DNA of 64,000 bases, taken from IMG/VR virus record IMGVR_UViG_3300024983_000001, positions 1-64,000 of that record; one strand, 5' to 3'. Both the position numbers and the translations under genes were made by a program. The notes under the pieces were generated by a model, which saw nothing but the letters and a program-made list of their open reading frames with translations, was not told the DNA's origin and did not search any database. The stretch is from a virus. This document shows, piece by piece, positions 19,913-32,787 of the stretch (position 1 is the stretch's first letter; the number at the start of each line of letters is the position of its first letter).

Positions 19913-20430
19913 TATTTTTTACCACCCTTATTATTTGCCCAATCCAAATCGAGGTCTTCACTATATTCCTCTACAATTTTGATCTCTTTTACCGTATCTT
20001 TAAGAGGCGGAAAGTGGTCGATATCAATATCACCGATATCATAACTTAAAGTAATGTGAGTTTCGTATTTGTCGAAATCGTATGTAGCGCCATATTCTTC
20101 CATAAGAAGTTCGTGTCGTGCCACAAGTTTGGGGCAGTCAATTTTAACAACTAGACACCGCTTTGGTTTCTCATTGGGATCTTCTGGTTTTGTATCCCAG
20201 ACAACGAACTCACCAGGGGTAGCAATCCACGGCGGATCTATTTTACCCTGTGCTTTGTAATCAGGTAGATATTTTCTACTATACAATAATGTGGTGTGAA
20301 GTTTATCCGCCCTAATGGCGTTTGGTACTTCATTTTCTTTCATGTATGCATGAATAGCCTTTTTGGTTTCGGTATCAAAACGAACACCAGCATATGTGCC
20401 CCGAGATTTTGCAATTTCAGTTAGTTTCAT
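19912..20430 (-). CDS. acb1: Anti-CBASS 2H phosphodiesterase Acb1 (T4 gp57B-like)
   Basis: KLHTTLLYSR and GATYDFDKYETHITLSY motifs, EYSEDLDLDWA C-terminus. Confidence 0.85.
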   Translation of the reverse strand: MKLTEIAKSRGTYAGVRFDTETKKAIHAYMKENEVPNAIRADKLHTTLLYSRKYLPDYKAQGKIDPPWIATPGEFVVWDTKPEDPNEKPKRCLVVKIDCPKLVARHELLMEEYGATYDFDKYETHITLSYDIGDIDIDHFPPLKDTVKEIKIVEEYSEDLDLDWANNKGGKK

Positions 20431-22427
20431 TTATTTAATCAGCTCCATTATTGTTTTGGTGACATCATCAATTGAGTTTCTCATATTTAGCGCTGCTTTG
20501 ATTTGAACGGCGACTTCGTTATACATCGAACTACGAATGTCATCACGAACATCATCATCCAGTTCATCCCAAATGGCATCATATCCACTTCTATCACCAA
20601 GGTCGTCTAAAATTGCTTTCGTTGCCTTTTTTGCTAAGGCGTCTACAACAAGATTGTAAACATGTTGTTCATTAAACACTAATTTGTCACCCATTTTTAT
20701 CTCCATAAATATTAAACATTATCACACTACACTCACTTATGAAACCAGCTCTTATAGCAGATTATGAACAACAGCGCGTCATAATCAAAGGCATAACACA
20801 ACAGCTTGCTGTTAAAGCAACCAATGCTAAACACTTAGCGCTGCTCGAAACAGCAAAATTGGTTGTTCTTGAAGATATTGTTGGGGATAAACAATTTTCG
20901 CTACTGCTAGCAATGTCAATCCCCGAATCGTGTCAATATCTTGCCCCACAAGAAATCGAAGTTAATATGTGCGATGAAATCACAATGGTTAGAACGATGC
21001 AGCTGTTAAGAACAAAATACTATGTTGCGGGCGTTCGTTCAAAACCGAAACCTTATTCCAAATCCACATGAAACTCTTCGACAAGTGCCTGCAGGTTTTG
21101 GAATTCTTCTTCCAGTTTTGCTCGTTGGGTATCTATGATTTTGGCAAGTCTGGCATGCGTTACCTTTTTACAATAACTGGCGTCACATTCTCTTGTAGCT
21201 TTGCCATTTACACGTTTGCCAACGTTGTTAGCAATCTGTACATACCCCAACAAATCACTCGCGTTATCACGGAATGTAATACTTACCACCACATGATAAC
21301 CACTATGGTATGCGGTAATAACTTCACCAATTTTAAATTGACCTGTTGATAGTTCCATCACAACACCTCATAAACTGTGTTTACGGCGGGAGTCATTACC
21401 CCTTGCTTGTAGTGTTCCGCAAATACTCGCTCATCATAATACATTACGCGCCATTCGGGAAGTTCTTGTTTAATTGCTTTCGCGATGTTTAAACCTTGCT
21501 CGCTAAATTGTTGAACGTCGAACAAGTCCCCATATCCATCTTCGCCCAAATACGAATCGTTGGTTTCGTAGTACCGAACCCAATCACTTATGGTCATTTT
21601 GGGGGTATCGCTAACAGGCAAATCATCAATGCTCATCATAATTCCGTTAGATTCCCATACTCCCGATGAACAATAATCAGCCATTAGTTTAACGTACTTT
21701 TCCATTCATTTATTCCTTTTTTACACATTGAGCGCAAGTGCTGTTGCGTGCATTGCATTGCAACTTCCCCGTAGATGTTTTTTTACTATAGGTGTTGTTG
21801 ATCCAGTTTGCCATCTGTTCGCACCGAGATTTTGTTTCGAAATCTGTGAATGTTACGATGGTTGGATCAGGTGATCCGTGTGCAAAAAGCGTTGTTGTTA
21901 CTATAAGTAACCAGTTCATGGATTTGTCTCCTCTCCAAACGTTAATTTCCGCATAATCTTTCCTTTTGGAAGTCCTGATTCTGCAAGTTCGCATGCAACG
22001 TCATAATCTGTATCACTAACGATGATCATATCAATCGCATACCAACAATCATAAACATCAATTGTTTTTGTTACAGCAACAGCCAACGACTCTGGAACAA
22101 TCAATATTTTCTTGTCAATCATTTTCTTTTTCCATAAGTTTTGCTGCCTGCTGTAAAGCTGCGTAATATGCATCAATCATGCCACTTCCATTTTCGTCGT
22201 AATATGCAATATACATTGCACCAAGCATCTTGGCGGTTAGTTTTTGGGGTACAGCACACCACCCATCGGGGGTAGATTGTTGTTTGCGTAAATGCTCTTC
22301 TGCTTCACGCAATTTATCCACAATGTTTATATAATCCCTGTATTTTACCCAATGTCCATCCTCTGTGCCCTTCTCGACTAAAATGTAGGTACCATTATAA
22401 AATTGATAATTATTCATACATTCTTCC

Positions 22428-24434
22428 TTATTCAACCAAAGCCCAAGCATCCATCAGGCTAATAATACCAGCGCCATCTTTGCGAGCTTTTTGCAGTTTG
22501 CCACTATTTTCATTAGGATCTTTCGCAATAACACAAGTGACTTTTTTGCTGTACGAATTAGCAATTTCGCCACCTTTAGCAATCAATTCCTCTTCAAGCT
22601 TCTTGTCACGAACGCCCGTAAACACATAGACTTGACCTGTCAGCTCACCTTCAACAATCTCCTGTTTGGTGTAAGGTGCTACCGTGACATATTCAATGAT
22701 ATCAACATAAAACTGATTCCATTCTTCTTTACCGTCAATAATACGTGTAGCAGTTTTAACATCAAATCCTTCAACCGCACAAATAGCAGCCATGTCAGTA
22801 AATTTGGTCAAATCCCCTTCCACAGCCTCATACAGTTTTTTCAGTTTGCGAGTACCAACACCTCGACCGAAGCAACCGCTTGCACCCATCAATTTGTACA
22901 GCGGTACATCTGTTAGCCGTTCGTGCAAACTCTTGTAAATTTTGGAACCATTGGCTCCAATAACTTCCACCAATTCGCGTTCGGTAGCTTGAATGATTTT
23001 TACAGGCGTATTGATACCATCGTTAAACAGTTTTTGAATATTACCCTCACCGAGATGAGCGACTTCCAGCGACGCAAACAGATCCTTGGCTTTCTCAATA
23101 GCGATATCTGGATGGTCGCTGATTAGAAAGGCGTCGACCATAGTATCGGTCCACTGCCAATCACCAATTTGGTCAAGGCGGTCATCAAACCAATTTGAAT
23201 AGTTGGTAATAGGTGCTGGTTCTACTACATCCGTAACGAACGGAATTACATCCCCACTGCGCGTGATTCGGATTTTGGCACCAGGACCAATTTTATTCTC
23301 ATAGACAAACTTGGCATTAAAACCAGTTGCGTAAGTAATGGTAACGCCAACCAAATCAACAGGTTTAATTTCAATACGTGGTTTCAAATATCCATGCTTG
23401 CTTACACCCCAATGAATACTAACAACATCCGCAATGGCAACGTTGTCATCGCTTGCAATTTTGAATTTGCGAGCATATTCAGGATTCAATGTGTCTTTCG
23501 ATGGGTTAATCGTTTTACGCAAATGTTCTGCATCAACTTCCATCACAATACCATCGATTGCATAGACGGTTTTGGAACGGCGGTCTGTGAGATATTTGAT
23601 CAAAAACGAATCTGTCAAATCACAGCCCATAAAGTTGGTAACATACGGGATGGTAAATCCACATTCGGTAAGCATATCAAATTGATGTCCTTTCGACTTT
23701 ACGGTGGGGACAATTACCTGATAGGCAACAAATTCGATGTATTGATATACAGCTGGATCATTCTCGGAAGAATTCATCAACCCTGCAACAGCATTCCGTG
23801 CATTTTTGTAAGTAGAGCCACCACGACGGGTTGCAACCGTTTTCAGTTTTTCAAAATTAGCTTCGGAAATAATGACTTCACCACGCACAACCATTTTTTG
23901 TCCCACATTCTTGGGAACATTTGGTAGGCGAGAGATATGGCGCGTGATATCCGCACCTTCAAAACCATCACCACGACTGAAGGCGATTTGTAGATTGCCC
24001 TTCTCGTCAAATAGCACTTCTGCACTGGTACCGTCGAGTTTATCCGAACAAGCAACATACTCGGATTGCACTCCATACTTGTTGATCCACTTCAGCGTAT
24101 CACCTTCGTACGCTTGAGTTAGAGATCCCATTGGGTAGGGCAGTTTGACTTTACCACCCCGAACTTCACTACCAATACCGGTGAAATATTCGTTGGATGG
24201 GTCGAGTTTTTCGGAATAGCGGCGCACTACATCGTATTGTTCATCAGACAGGAAACTTTCCTGTTCGTTGTAATACAAATCATCGGCAGCACGCAACATG
24301 TTGATCAGATCATCGATCTCCACATCTTCCATGGGGGTATCCAACAGAAAAATGAGTTGAGTGGTTTGTTTCGCCAAAAAGAGATCAAAGTTTTTCATAG
24401 CAGAGAGGTCAATAAGGTTCATGTTTATATCCAA
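22428..24434 (-). CDS. ligA: NAD+-dependent DNA ligase
   Basis: DLYY...SDEQYD, KLDG, SRGDGFEG, RGE, NARN, DGIV, RSGDVIP, C-terminal BRCT; no Cys4 zinc finger visible. Confidence 0.95.
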   Translation of the reverse strand: MDINMNLIDLSAMKNFDLFLAKQTTQLIFLLDTPMEDVEIDDLINMLRAADDLYYNEQESFLSDEQYDVVRRYSEKLDPSNEYFTGIGSEVRGGKVKLPYPMGSLTQAYEGDTLKWINKYGVQSEYVACSDKLDGTSAEVLFDEKGNLQIAFSRGDGFEGADITRHISRLPNVPKNVGQKMVVRGEVIISEANFEKLKTVATRRGGSTYKNARNAVAGLMNSSENDPAVYQYIEFVAYQVIVPTVKSKGHQFDMLTECGFTIPYVTNFMGCDLTDSFLIKYLTDRRSKTVYAIDGIVMEVDAEHLRKTINPSKDTLNPEYARKFKIASDDNVAIADVVSIHWGVSKHGYLKPRIEIKPVDLVGVTITYATGFNAKFVYENKIGPGAKIRITRSGDVIPFVTDVVEPAPITNYSNWFDDRLDQIGDWQWTDTMVDAFLISDHPDIAIEKAKDLFASLEVAHLGEGNIQKLFNDGINTPVKIIQATERELVEVIGANGSKIYKSLHERLTDVPLYKLMGASGCFGRGVGTRKLKKLYEAVEGDLTKFTDMAAICAVEGFDVKTATRIIDGKEEWNQFYVDIIEYVTVAPYTKQEIVEGELTGQVYVFTGVRDKKLEEELIAKGGEIANSYSKKVTCVIAKDPNENSGKLQKARKDGAGIISLMDAWALVE

Positions 24435-26127
24435 GTGAATTTAATATGATTATTATACCTTAATCATCGCTGACTGACAACACCTTATATTCATCTTCGT
24501 TGAATACTCGTTTCACTTTACCTGCACCATGAGTGGTGATATTATCCTGCACTTGCCAATACCCCTTACCAATTTGTACAACACCTCTATACAATGCATT
24601 TGTGGCGTATTTGGGGGATATGGGCCTCATTTGACGACAAATAACATCACCTTGATCAACTCTGATAACTCTACGCAAACCGTGCCCATCTCTGGTACCA
24701 TTCATCGTTACCATCATGCCGGGTTTCAGGTTGTCGACAACCCACTTCTCCATCTCACGTTCTTTGCTGATACGAGCAAGACGTTTACGCTCATTTTCGT
24801 CCCGTATAGCACGTTGTTCAGCGGCATACTCTTCGCTTAAGTTCCAATCACGTCGCTTACGAGAAATGATAGATCTGACCAGCATCTCAAAATTGGAGTC
24901 AGCAGCCTCTTTATCTGTGAGGTTGTTTAATAGTTTAACTATTTGTTCGTGATTATCAGTCATACCCCAATCCCCAATTTTCTTAATAAGAAATCGACAT
25001 CAGGGTCGTAAATATTCAGCTCTATTATTTCTGGTTGAAAATTACTACCAATGTCATATTTGACGGTACGTCTATTATTCTCGGTGTTATAATCATATTT
25101 TTTAATTAACCGGATGCGATCCGTATCCATCACTATTGAACTATTGGGCAATTTAATAAACATTATGCATCCTCCATGGGTGTTTCGACAGGCTGTTTCT
25201 CTTCAAAAGGTAACTGAATCAAGTATAACAAACACGGAACTCTTTCGGACGCCTTCACCGCCATAGCGTATCGGGGTCTGTCCGCGCCATGACTAGGTAA
25301 CATATACGCGATTTGGTAATCTGTAACAACAGTCGCGTCCCCATCTTCAGTTGTTATAGATATCGTTTTTGCAAAATTCGCGTTCTGTTCCATACTATCA
25401 AAAAAATCAAACATATTATTCTCCTTACCACTCAAACTCTATATCAGGGCGCTCTTTTGAGTTGTCGAAAATCTGCAACAGTTGATTCCCATCGGTGTGA
25501 GTATCAACAACAATCATCGTGTAATCCTTTCCACGATATACCCACTTGGATAAGTGACGCTGTGTGTATATGCTATTAGTATAGCAGTTACCATTGCGTG
25601 TCATTAATTCTTCTTCGCTATCAGCAAACGTTACTTCACCTGGACCAACCCCATCAAGAAACCAAAAATAACTACGGGCATCATCAAGTGGTAGCGTGCG
25701 CCAATCTTCTACATACCCAAAGTACTCGAATATTTCATCTCGTACTTCTTCGTATTTGTCCAGTAGCTCCATATTATTCTCCTAATAAAGGCTTTGCCCT
25801 GATATTATCAAGCATCTTATATTTGCATGAATCTGCGTGATACCAAGCATTTGGTGTCTTTGTAAAACAAGTACACGACCCCATACTGGCAATCATATAC
25901 ATTTCGTTGATCCGATCACGCGCTTTCGCTAACATATCCCGAGCTTCACTCTTTGATATGCTGTCATAAATCTGTTGTTGGAGCTCATCAACAATTTCGT
26001 TGTGTTCAATCAACATCGTTGCATAAAAATCACCCAAACTTTCTCTGGACACGATGTACTTACCGTATCCAACACTACCCTCAAAGATGCTTGTTTCGTC
26101 CGCAATTTCCCCAAAAGATTTCATAAA

Positions 26128-26880
26128 TTACTCCTCCGAAGCCGTTAAATATCTGTTAATATAGTCTCTATCTTGCGTGAAGATGGGAGTGTCCTTATCT
26201 CGCCACCAACCGTCGTTGAGTCTGAATCCGTTTTTGACAATAGCAGTACCGTGTTTCTTCCACGTAGCCAAATCATTCCAATCAACATCCAGCTGGGTGC
26301 GCATCATATTCTGCACCTCATTGACATTTTTTCCCTGCAATTCACGATGTGGGAAGTGATATTGTGCAAGCATGTTGATGCTGTTACGTATAGCATCCTG
26401 TTGCCTCCAAACGAAATAGTTGGTAACCTCTTCTTTTGGAAGGTTGAACACACGAGCATCAAACAATGGCACTTCCGAGCAGTTTTCGATATGTTCCACG
26501 AGTTCGTGTGATCTGTTGAAGAACATCGTCGCCATTGCGGCAGAAATTGATGTGATTTTTTGTACCTGACCGTCAAACCACGCCTCTGTATTCAGATTTT
26601 TCCAATCTTTCAACAGAATACTAATCTCGTCGCTTTGATGATACACAAACGCCGCAGTTTGAATGGAACGAGCTAATCCGAAAGCTGTTGCGGTCATATT
26701 GTTCTGCATAATCACACTAAATGGATCACCACTACAACCGTCTTTGATCGATTGTCGTTTTGTGAACGTGTGGAACGCTTTACCATCCAACCGAATGATA
26801 ACAGGAGTCCGTCTCAACAATTTGTTTTTGGACACCTCCTCGTACGTCTTCATGCGTGTTGATATGTTATCATACTTCAT
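26128..26880 (-). CDS. thg1: Thg1-like tRNA(His) guanylyltransferase / 3'-5' polymerase
   Basis: RLDGKAFHTFT, QSDEIS, FDARV, YFVWRQQDAIRNS. Confidence 0.92.
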   Translation of the reverse strand: MKYDNISTRMKTYEEVSKNKLLRRTPVIIRLDGKAFHTFTKRQSIKDGCSGDPFSVIMQNNMTATAFGLARSIQTAAFVYHQSDEISILLKDWKNLNTEAWFDGQVQKITSISAAMATMFFNRSHELVEHIENCSEVPLFDARVFNLPKEEVTNYFVWRQQDAIRNSINMLAQYHFPHRELQGKNVNEVQNMMRTQLDVDWNDLATWKKHGTAIVKNGFRLNDGWWRDKDTPIFTQDRDYINRYLTASEE

Positions 26881-27595
26881 CGTTGGTCCTTATTTGAGGG
26901 GCGTGACTACCCCAATTAGCATGTAGTTGTTTGTGACATGATCTACATAGTGTTATTCCATTTTGTAACTTTTCATCAACAATAACCGGATGACAAATCA
27001 ACCAATTATACTTTTCTTCTTCGGTTTCAAATATTATATCTTTGGTCAATTGTTTTGTCAACAGACTCAACGGTGTTATGTGATGGGCATCTAATTTTTT
27101 AGCGGCATTGCATTGTTGACAACAGCCATCTCTGTCTATTACTCTGTGAAACCATTTGTAATTTCGTTGAAGAGCCCCCTTGATGCGTTGGTTGAGACTA
27201 GTTCTTCCGCCCTTCCACGCGGTTGCATTTACCCCTGTTTTACCTCGACGTGAATTTGACATTTTGAGTCGAGTTTCAGATGTGTGAGTCTTTCCAAACA
27301 TGTGGTTAAGTTCTCCTGTTCGTTTTGGAGTATTTTTTACCCCCAATTGCCACAGTTCACTTTCAGTAACACAAGATGCATGGTGCTTTCTTTTTTCGGG
27401 AGTCCAATACGCTGTTGTGTTTTGGGGACGCAAATTCTTTTTACACAAACAACTTCGACAAACGTATAACCCATCATGTTTCTTTCGATTCCGCTTTACA
27501 GTTATTAACAGTTGTTTGTATGTGTTGGTACATGTTGAGCAAGCAACAACAACCTGCTCCGTATCTTTTATTCCATCAGCGTTTGGTCTAGGCAT
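26870..27595 (-). mobile_element. HNH homing endonuclease with NUMOD3
   Basis: FGKTHTSETRLKMS, CQQC..LDAHHI...NGITLCRSCH; late promoter at 27615-27622; overlaps thg1 start. Confidence 0.8.
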
Positions 27596-27662
27596 AAGTA
27601 ATATCCTCCTGTACTATTTATGCACAATTCATTCGAGTGTCCAGTAAATCCTCTGAAGGTCC

Positions 27663-28136
27663 TTATCTACCCAGCATAACAAACGTCGTTTCATCATCTT
27701 CGTTGGTTAAATTTTTATAAAAAACGTGTTGCATTACACCAGCAAACACCAATTTCGGTTCATCTACATATACATTTTTAAAATTGACCGTTTGGTTGAT
27801 TCGAAGCGCTCTCGTTATAGGGGAGTCCATCTTGTCAACATCATCCGCCGTAAACACCTCAATGCCATCTTGTAATGCATAATAGTCACGAAAATGTTTC
27901 TTCATCGCTGTATTAGCAACAACAACCAAATCTCCCGGCCTGGCACGTGACGCGATATATGATGTCTTACCGGTTTGTCTTCCAGCATTTACTTGCACGG
28001 TACAAAATTCGTACGCAAAGCTGATTGTCCCCATAGAGTCAACATGTTTCGTGAACTGCTTACGGAACAATTTATTCAGTTCAATTATTCTATCAACATC
28101 TTCAGCAAACAAATCATAAATTGTATTCCCCATCAT
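27663..28136 (-). CDS. Small P-loop NTPase-like protein
   Basis: AGRQTGKT Walker A, VYVDE Walker B. Confidence 0.6.
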   Translation of the reverse strand: MMGNTIYDLFAEDVDRIIELNKLFRKQFTKHVDSMGTISFAYEFCTVQVNAGRQTGKTSYIASRARPGDLVVVANTAMKKHFRDYYALQDGIEVFTADDVDKMDSPITRALRINQTVNFKNVYVDEPKLVFAGVMQHVFYKNLTNEDDETTFVMLGR

Positions 28137-28603
28137 TCAATCCTCAGTATTTTTTTAGTTTCGTATGCAAGCTGTTCGATGGTATCAACCATCTGAATAG
28201 CGTACCTGTCACACACAATATCAACATTACCTTTCCGGTGGAAACCCTCTGGACAACACACCACCATATCCTTACCAGCAAATAACCCCAATTCTAACAA
28301 CGAAATAGGGGAAATAGTATCTGGTTGCAGATACATCGCGATAACATCACAGCTTTCTAACATTTGCAATTCCCAATCCACCTGTTCCTTGAATCGTGGA
28401 TCGTCCTTTGATTGTGTAATCGTGTTGTCCCAATCTGGACGACGTGGATTGAATAACACGACGGTTTGAATGTCAGTGAAATATTCAGCAAATTCTTTCT
28501 GCCAATCAACTGCCTTGTTCATCTCGATAGAACCAGCGAGGAAGACGGTGGGGTGATCCCATACGTTGATATACGGCATTTTAGGTGGATAACATACAAT
28601 CAT
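28133..28603 (-). CDS. Nucleoside 2-deoxyribosyltransferase-like protein
   Basis: VFLAGSI, FNPRR, QVDWE, SPISLLELG. Confidence 0.8.
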   Translation of the reverse strand: MIVCYPPKMPYINVWDHPTVFLAGSIEMNKAVDWQKEFAEYFTDIQTVVLFNPRRPDWDNTITQSKDDPRFKEQVDWELQMLESCDVIAMYLQPDTISPISLLELGLFAGKDMVVCCPEGFHRKGNVDIVCDRYAIQMVDTIEQLAYETKKILRIE

Positions 28604-28922
28604 TTCACAAATTCCTTTTCGTACCAATATATCACTTCTCCATATCCCTGTTTACGAATTTCGGGTGGAATATAACCAGTATACACAATTTCATATACGC
28701 CCTCAGCAATCACTCCACCCATAGGCCATGACACAGCTTCATTTTTTCCGGTAGCACGACTAAACCACATAGGGAAGCGACCATTAATCACGTTAGCAAC
28801 AATTCTGTCCATACCAACCTCTTTATCCACATAACAGTATTGAACCTTTTTGCCTGTTTTGACGTCGGCTGCAATGAAGTAATCATGCAATTGTAGATTT
28901 ATTGGGTCACAAGTCCGTTCCA

Positions 28923-29423
28923 TTATTTTGCCAACCCATACGTGTTCAATCGTTCAATTAGTTCAACCTCGAACGGGGTGAACGAATAATCATCGTTGGT
29001 GACCAGTGAGCCGAGAAGATCCAATCCTTCCAACAACGTTTTGTTGCCAACATTCACGAACCGACCAGAACGGTTACGAATTTTTTCTGCGGTTTCGTAA
29101 ATGATTTCGGGAAGAATAATCGCAACCCCCGTCAACACTCCACCCAACGATTGTTCATCTTCGTGAAATTTGATGTAGGGGAATCGCCCCGCTACCCGAT
29201 CCTCGAAAAACGCATACAACTCTTCAAGCGCCTGATTGTTACCGCCGTTCATCGTCATAATCGTTTTGTGATTAAACGACCAATTGTTCAACATTGCGCT
29301 TTGGGTGTCGTGACCATCTCCCATAGCATCGTACTCGTTGAACATTTCGTGCACTAAATGCGCCGTTTGGATGCCTTGCTGTATTGAACTAAGGTAAAAA
29401 TTGATGAATGAATAAAATCTCAT
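28923..29423 (-). CDS. Pth2-fold (peptidyl-tRNA hydrolase II-like) protein
   Basis: LSSIQQGIQTAH...W...HKTI...FHED..SL...LTGVAI. Confidence 0.5.
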   Translation of the reverse strand: MRFYSFINFYLSSIQQGIQTAHLVHEMFNEYDAMGDGHDTQSAMLNNWSFNHKTIMTMNGGNNQALEELYAFFEDRVAGRFPYIKFHEDEQSLGGVLTGVAIILPEIIYETAEKIRNRSGRFVNVGNKTLLEGLDLLGSLVTNDDYSFTPFEVELIERLNTYGLAK

Positions 29424-30564
29424 TTTGTATCTCCATTTTCTAATCTGTTTGCAACAACAGCCTCAACAGAAGGATGTTGGCTCATATATTCCAATACTTC
29501 AAATACGCTGGTTGGTTCTTCAAAAACACAACCCCACTTATACTTTCCTCCACTGTTGGTGTATATCGTTCCTTCCAACGTTTTCATGTCGGTGGATTCA
29601 TTGAATGTACCATTAAATTCAGATTGTCTGTTGTCTGTTGGTTCGTTGGTCTTTTTCCAATCAATTCCAGTTGCAATTATATCACGAAGGCAGTTAATTG
29701 TCCACTGTTTTTTACATTCAAACCGGCCGCCGTAGTAATTCCAACCGCTGCCATAACCCTGCTCTGTATCAACAACACAGCCATTTGCCAGCACGTAACA
29801 CCACGCGTATTCTTTAGCTTTCATCATCGTTATTACTCCTTTTGTGTGCATACACCCTGGAGGTATACAAGTCTCCAGTTAGGTGAAGTTCGTGCCCCTC
29901 TGTTGGGCAAATTGTTACTGCCTCTTCGAGAGTAACATCTCTACCTAAATGGTTCGAGATGAGGCAAGCAGCATACGCCACACTTATTGACTGGCGTTCG
30001 CTATACATCAGACCGATCTCCACTATAGAATGGTTGTTTTTGTATTTTTAGAATAACCCGACTCTTGTAATATTCCCGGAACTCTTCTAAATGATTATCG
30101 TGTATAAAGTCCGCAGCAACCATCACCAAGTCTACTACTGGTTTGCGAAGCATACGCTTGGTCGGCTCATCAATCTCGAGTGCCCACGATAGTAACCACC
30201 ACACACCACCGACCACAACGATATATGGCCACAAAATTTCCCACATCATTTTACAGTCCTCTCACCGTTTACCGTATCCCAAATAGCTAACAGTATATTC
30301 ATCGAAACAGCATCAGGATGATTGGGGTGATGATCAATACCTTCAACCAAATACCTTGTATCTCCCTGATCTTTTGCCCACTGTGCTGTCAATGGGTTAT
30401 CTATATTCCATAAATCGTAATTATTACGAATATCCATCCCAACTGTTGAGTGGAATTCGATCATACTTTCCCGTTCAATGGATTGTAATGTATCAATATC
30501 AGCCTGTTCCAACTTGACGAGTTCTGCTTTTACAATTTGATCAAATGTTTTAAATGTCATAATA

Positions 30565-31533
30565 TTATACCGCAATGTTAAATTTAATGGCGGGTAGTGG
30601 GTTGTAATCTTCCAACTCAAAGTCGTCAGGTACGTAATCATAGATCGAATCGCGCTTATTGATCGTCAAAATGGGTGAGTTGGGTTCATCTTCACGCATC
30701 ACATACTCCTTTGCTGCATCAAGAGCGTTGTGATAAATGTGACAGTGTCCACCAGAATGATACAATTTACCGGGTTTCATACCCAGTTGTTGCGCAATCA
30801 TATAAACGAACAAAGTACCCGTCAGCAAATTACCCATACCAACACCGATTGGATAGTCATTCGAGCGCTGGAAGATGTGCAGATCAAGAATCTTCATTTC
30901 ACCATTTTCATCAGGCGAAACCATAAAATCATAAAATGCATGACAAGCTGGAAGAATAGCTTGGTTGTTGGTGTCGGGACGCCAGAAGGTAAAACATGCT
31001 TGACGCGACTTGGGATTATCACGAAGAGTGTTAATGACGTAATCGAGTTGATTAAATCCGTGCGCGTTGGGATATGCCATATCAACACTATCGCACCAAT
31101 TATCGAAAGAGCCTTTACCGTCCCAACCTTCGTTCATAGCCTTGTTCCAACTGATGTAATCGTGTATATCTGCCCCAAAGTGGATCAGGTTAAATCCATA
31201 CACGTACCCAGCAGAACCAGGCGGAAGTCTGTTCTTCTTCGTAAATTCATCGTTCTTCCAAGGTGTCCAAATCTTTGCCCCCATCGCCTCCAAATCGTTG
31301 ATGTTGTGGCTACCAGAAATGTACCAGAGAACCTCTTTAACGATGGATTTCCAAGCCACTTTACGTTTGGTAAGAACAGGAACACGCTCCGAAATATCAT
31401 ATTCGGTATTCAGTCCAAATTTGCAGGTGGTACCAACGCCGGTGCGGTCACCTTCAATATCAAAGCCGGTATCAATAATCTTTTTTAGTGCTTCATCATA
31501 CTCACGCATGATGTATTTGGGATTGTTTTGCAT
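30565..31533 (-). CDS. thyA: Thymidylate synthase
   Basis: DRTGVGT, EVLW, YG, QL, P.SR, LPACH, QRSND...N, HIY. Confidence 0.92.
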   Translation of the reverse strand: MQNNPKYIMREYDEALKKIIDTGFDIEGDRTGVGTTCKFGLNTEYDISERVPVLTKRKVAWKSIVKEVLWYISGSHNINDLEAMGAKIWTPWKNDEFTKKNRLPPGSAGYVYGFNLIHFGADIHDYISWNKAMNEGWDGKGSFDNWCDSVDMAYPNAHGFNQLDYVINTLRDNPKSRQACFTFWRPDTNNQAILPACHAFYDFMVSPDENGEMKILDLHIFQRSNDYPIGVGMGNLLTGTLFVYMIAQQLGMKPGKLYHSGGHCHIYHNALDAAKEYVMREDEPNSPILTINKRDSIYDYVPDDFELEDYNPLPAIKFNIAV

Positions 31534-32490
31534 GAAAACTCCTATTATAGTTATAGGAGCATTATAAGGGAATATTACGTGGAGGACAACTCTTTATCTG
31601 ATTCACAAATTTTGTATAAATCTGCTTCTCTAACCCACTTTTTCCAGGTCGGACCTTCGGGATCAGAAGGTTTAATTTCTACTAATTTGTCTTCTACTAT
31701 TTTTGATGTCATGCGTATTTGTTTAACTGCGTGTCTGCCAGTCATAACAACTTCAGTTCCATCAAATACATAACTTGTCATGGTGTAATTGTCTCTTTTG
31801 TTCTTGAGTGACGAACACTCCCACCACTGCACAATCCAGGCCAAGCCGCAAGATTAGAATAGGAGATAAAGCTGAGATATACTGTATACCACATATTAGC
31901 AATAAGAGCAGCATCCGCAAGATTTGTTAACCAATCCGAAAATGCAAACATTACAGTAGTAAATGCAATACCTGTAAATGTGGTTACGATAAAATTTGAT
32001 ATGTCTGTACGGCGAATAGTGTGGCCGGATTTCCAAAGAGATAACATTATTTGACCCAACGCCACCCCCACGCAAAGACTCCACGCAATTAACAAACCAC
32101 TCCAAAAAATAATAACTATGTATAGCTGAGTAATCATTTGTTTTAATTACCTAATACATCATTGTGTTTGGACTTCTCCAAATTGGATAATCTGTGGTCC
32201 AAACTATTAATTCGTTTTGTGTTATCTTCTACTTGACCCATTATAGCTTGGTTTCTAAGTAACATATTTGATAGGGTAACATATGCAGGTGGTTTTGAAT
32301 GTTTATAGCCAAAATATCCAATAGTACCACCTAATACCAAAACAACTGCAATTAATTTGATCCAAAAAACACGAATTGTTGCTTGTGAAGTCATGGCTTT
32401 ATCCTCTCGTATGTCATATTTATAAACATTATCGAAAATCACGAAATAATCTAACAAACGATAAATACTATAAAGATTTGGAGTAACACA

Positions 32491-32787
32491 ATGTCTGAAA
32501 ACAACCAAGAAGATAACACAATCAAAGTTCGTATCCCCGCAACTTTAACACTGCGGGATATTGTTACGTTTGTAGCTCTTGCTGTGTCTATTACTATGGC
32601 TTGGGGGGTTTTTGGAACACGATTAACAGTTGTGGAAAATCAATTAGTTACTATGACCAAAACCGACGAAGAGCTTAAATCTCAGATAAAGGATATGAAC
32701 CAGCGTATTTTTCAATTGGAAAATAGACTGCGTGATAATGAGTCTGCGATGGAAGATATATGGCGTTATGTTAGGAAGGCTCCGTGA
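32491..32787 (+). CDS. Single-TM coiled-coil membrane protein (possible holin-like)
   Basis: TM followed by coiled coil; ATAAATA at 32461 and GGAG RBS. Confidence 0.45.
   Translation: MSENNQEDNTIKVRIPATLTLRDIVTFVALAVSITMAWGVFGTRLTVVENQLVTMTKTDEELKSQIKDMNQRIFQLENRLRDNESAMEDIWRYVRKAP

Noticed and set aside
30565-31533. ThyA as a dCMP hydroxymethylase (modified-base pathway)
   Set aside because: It retains the Asn after QRSND that specifies dUMP, and DHFR is present; the insertion alone is not sufficient evidence
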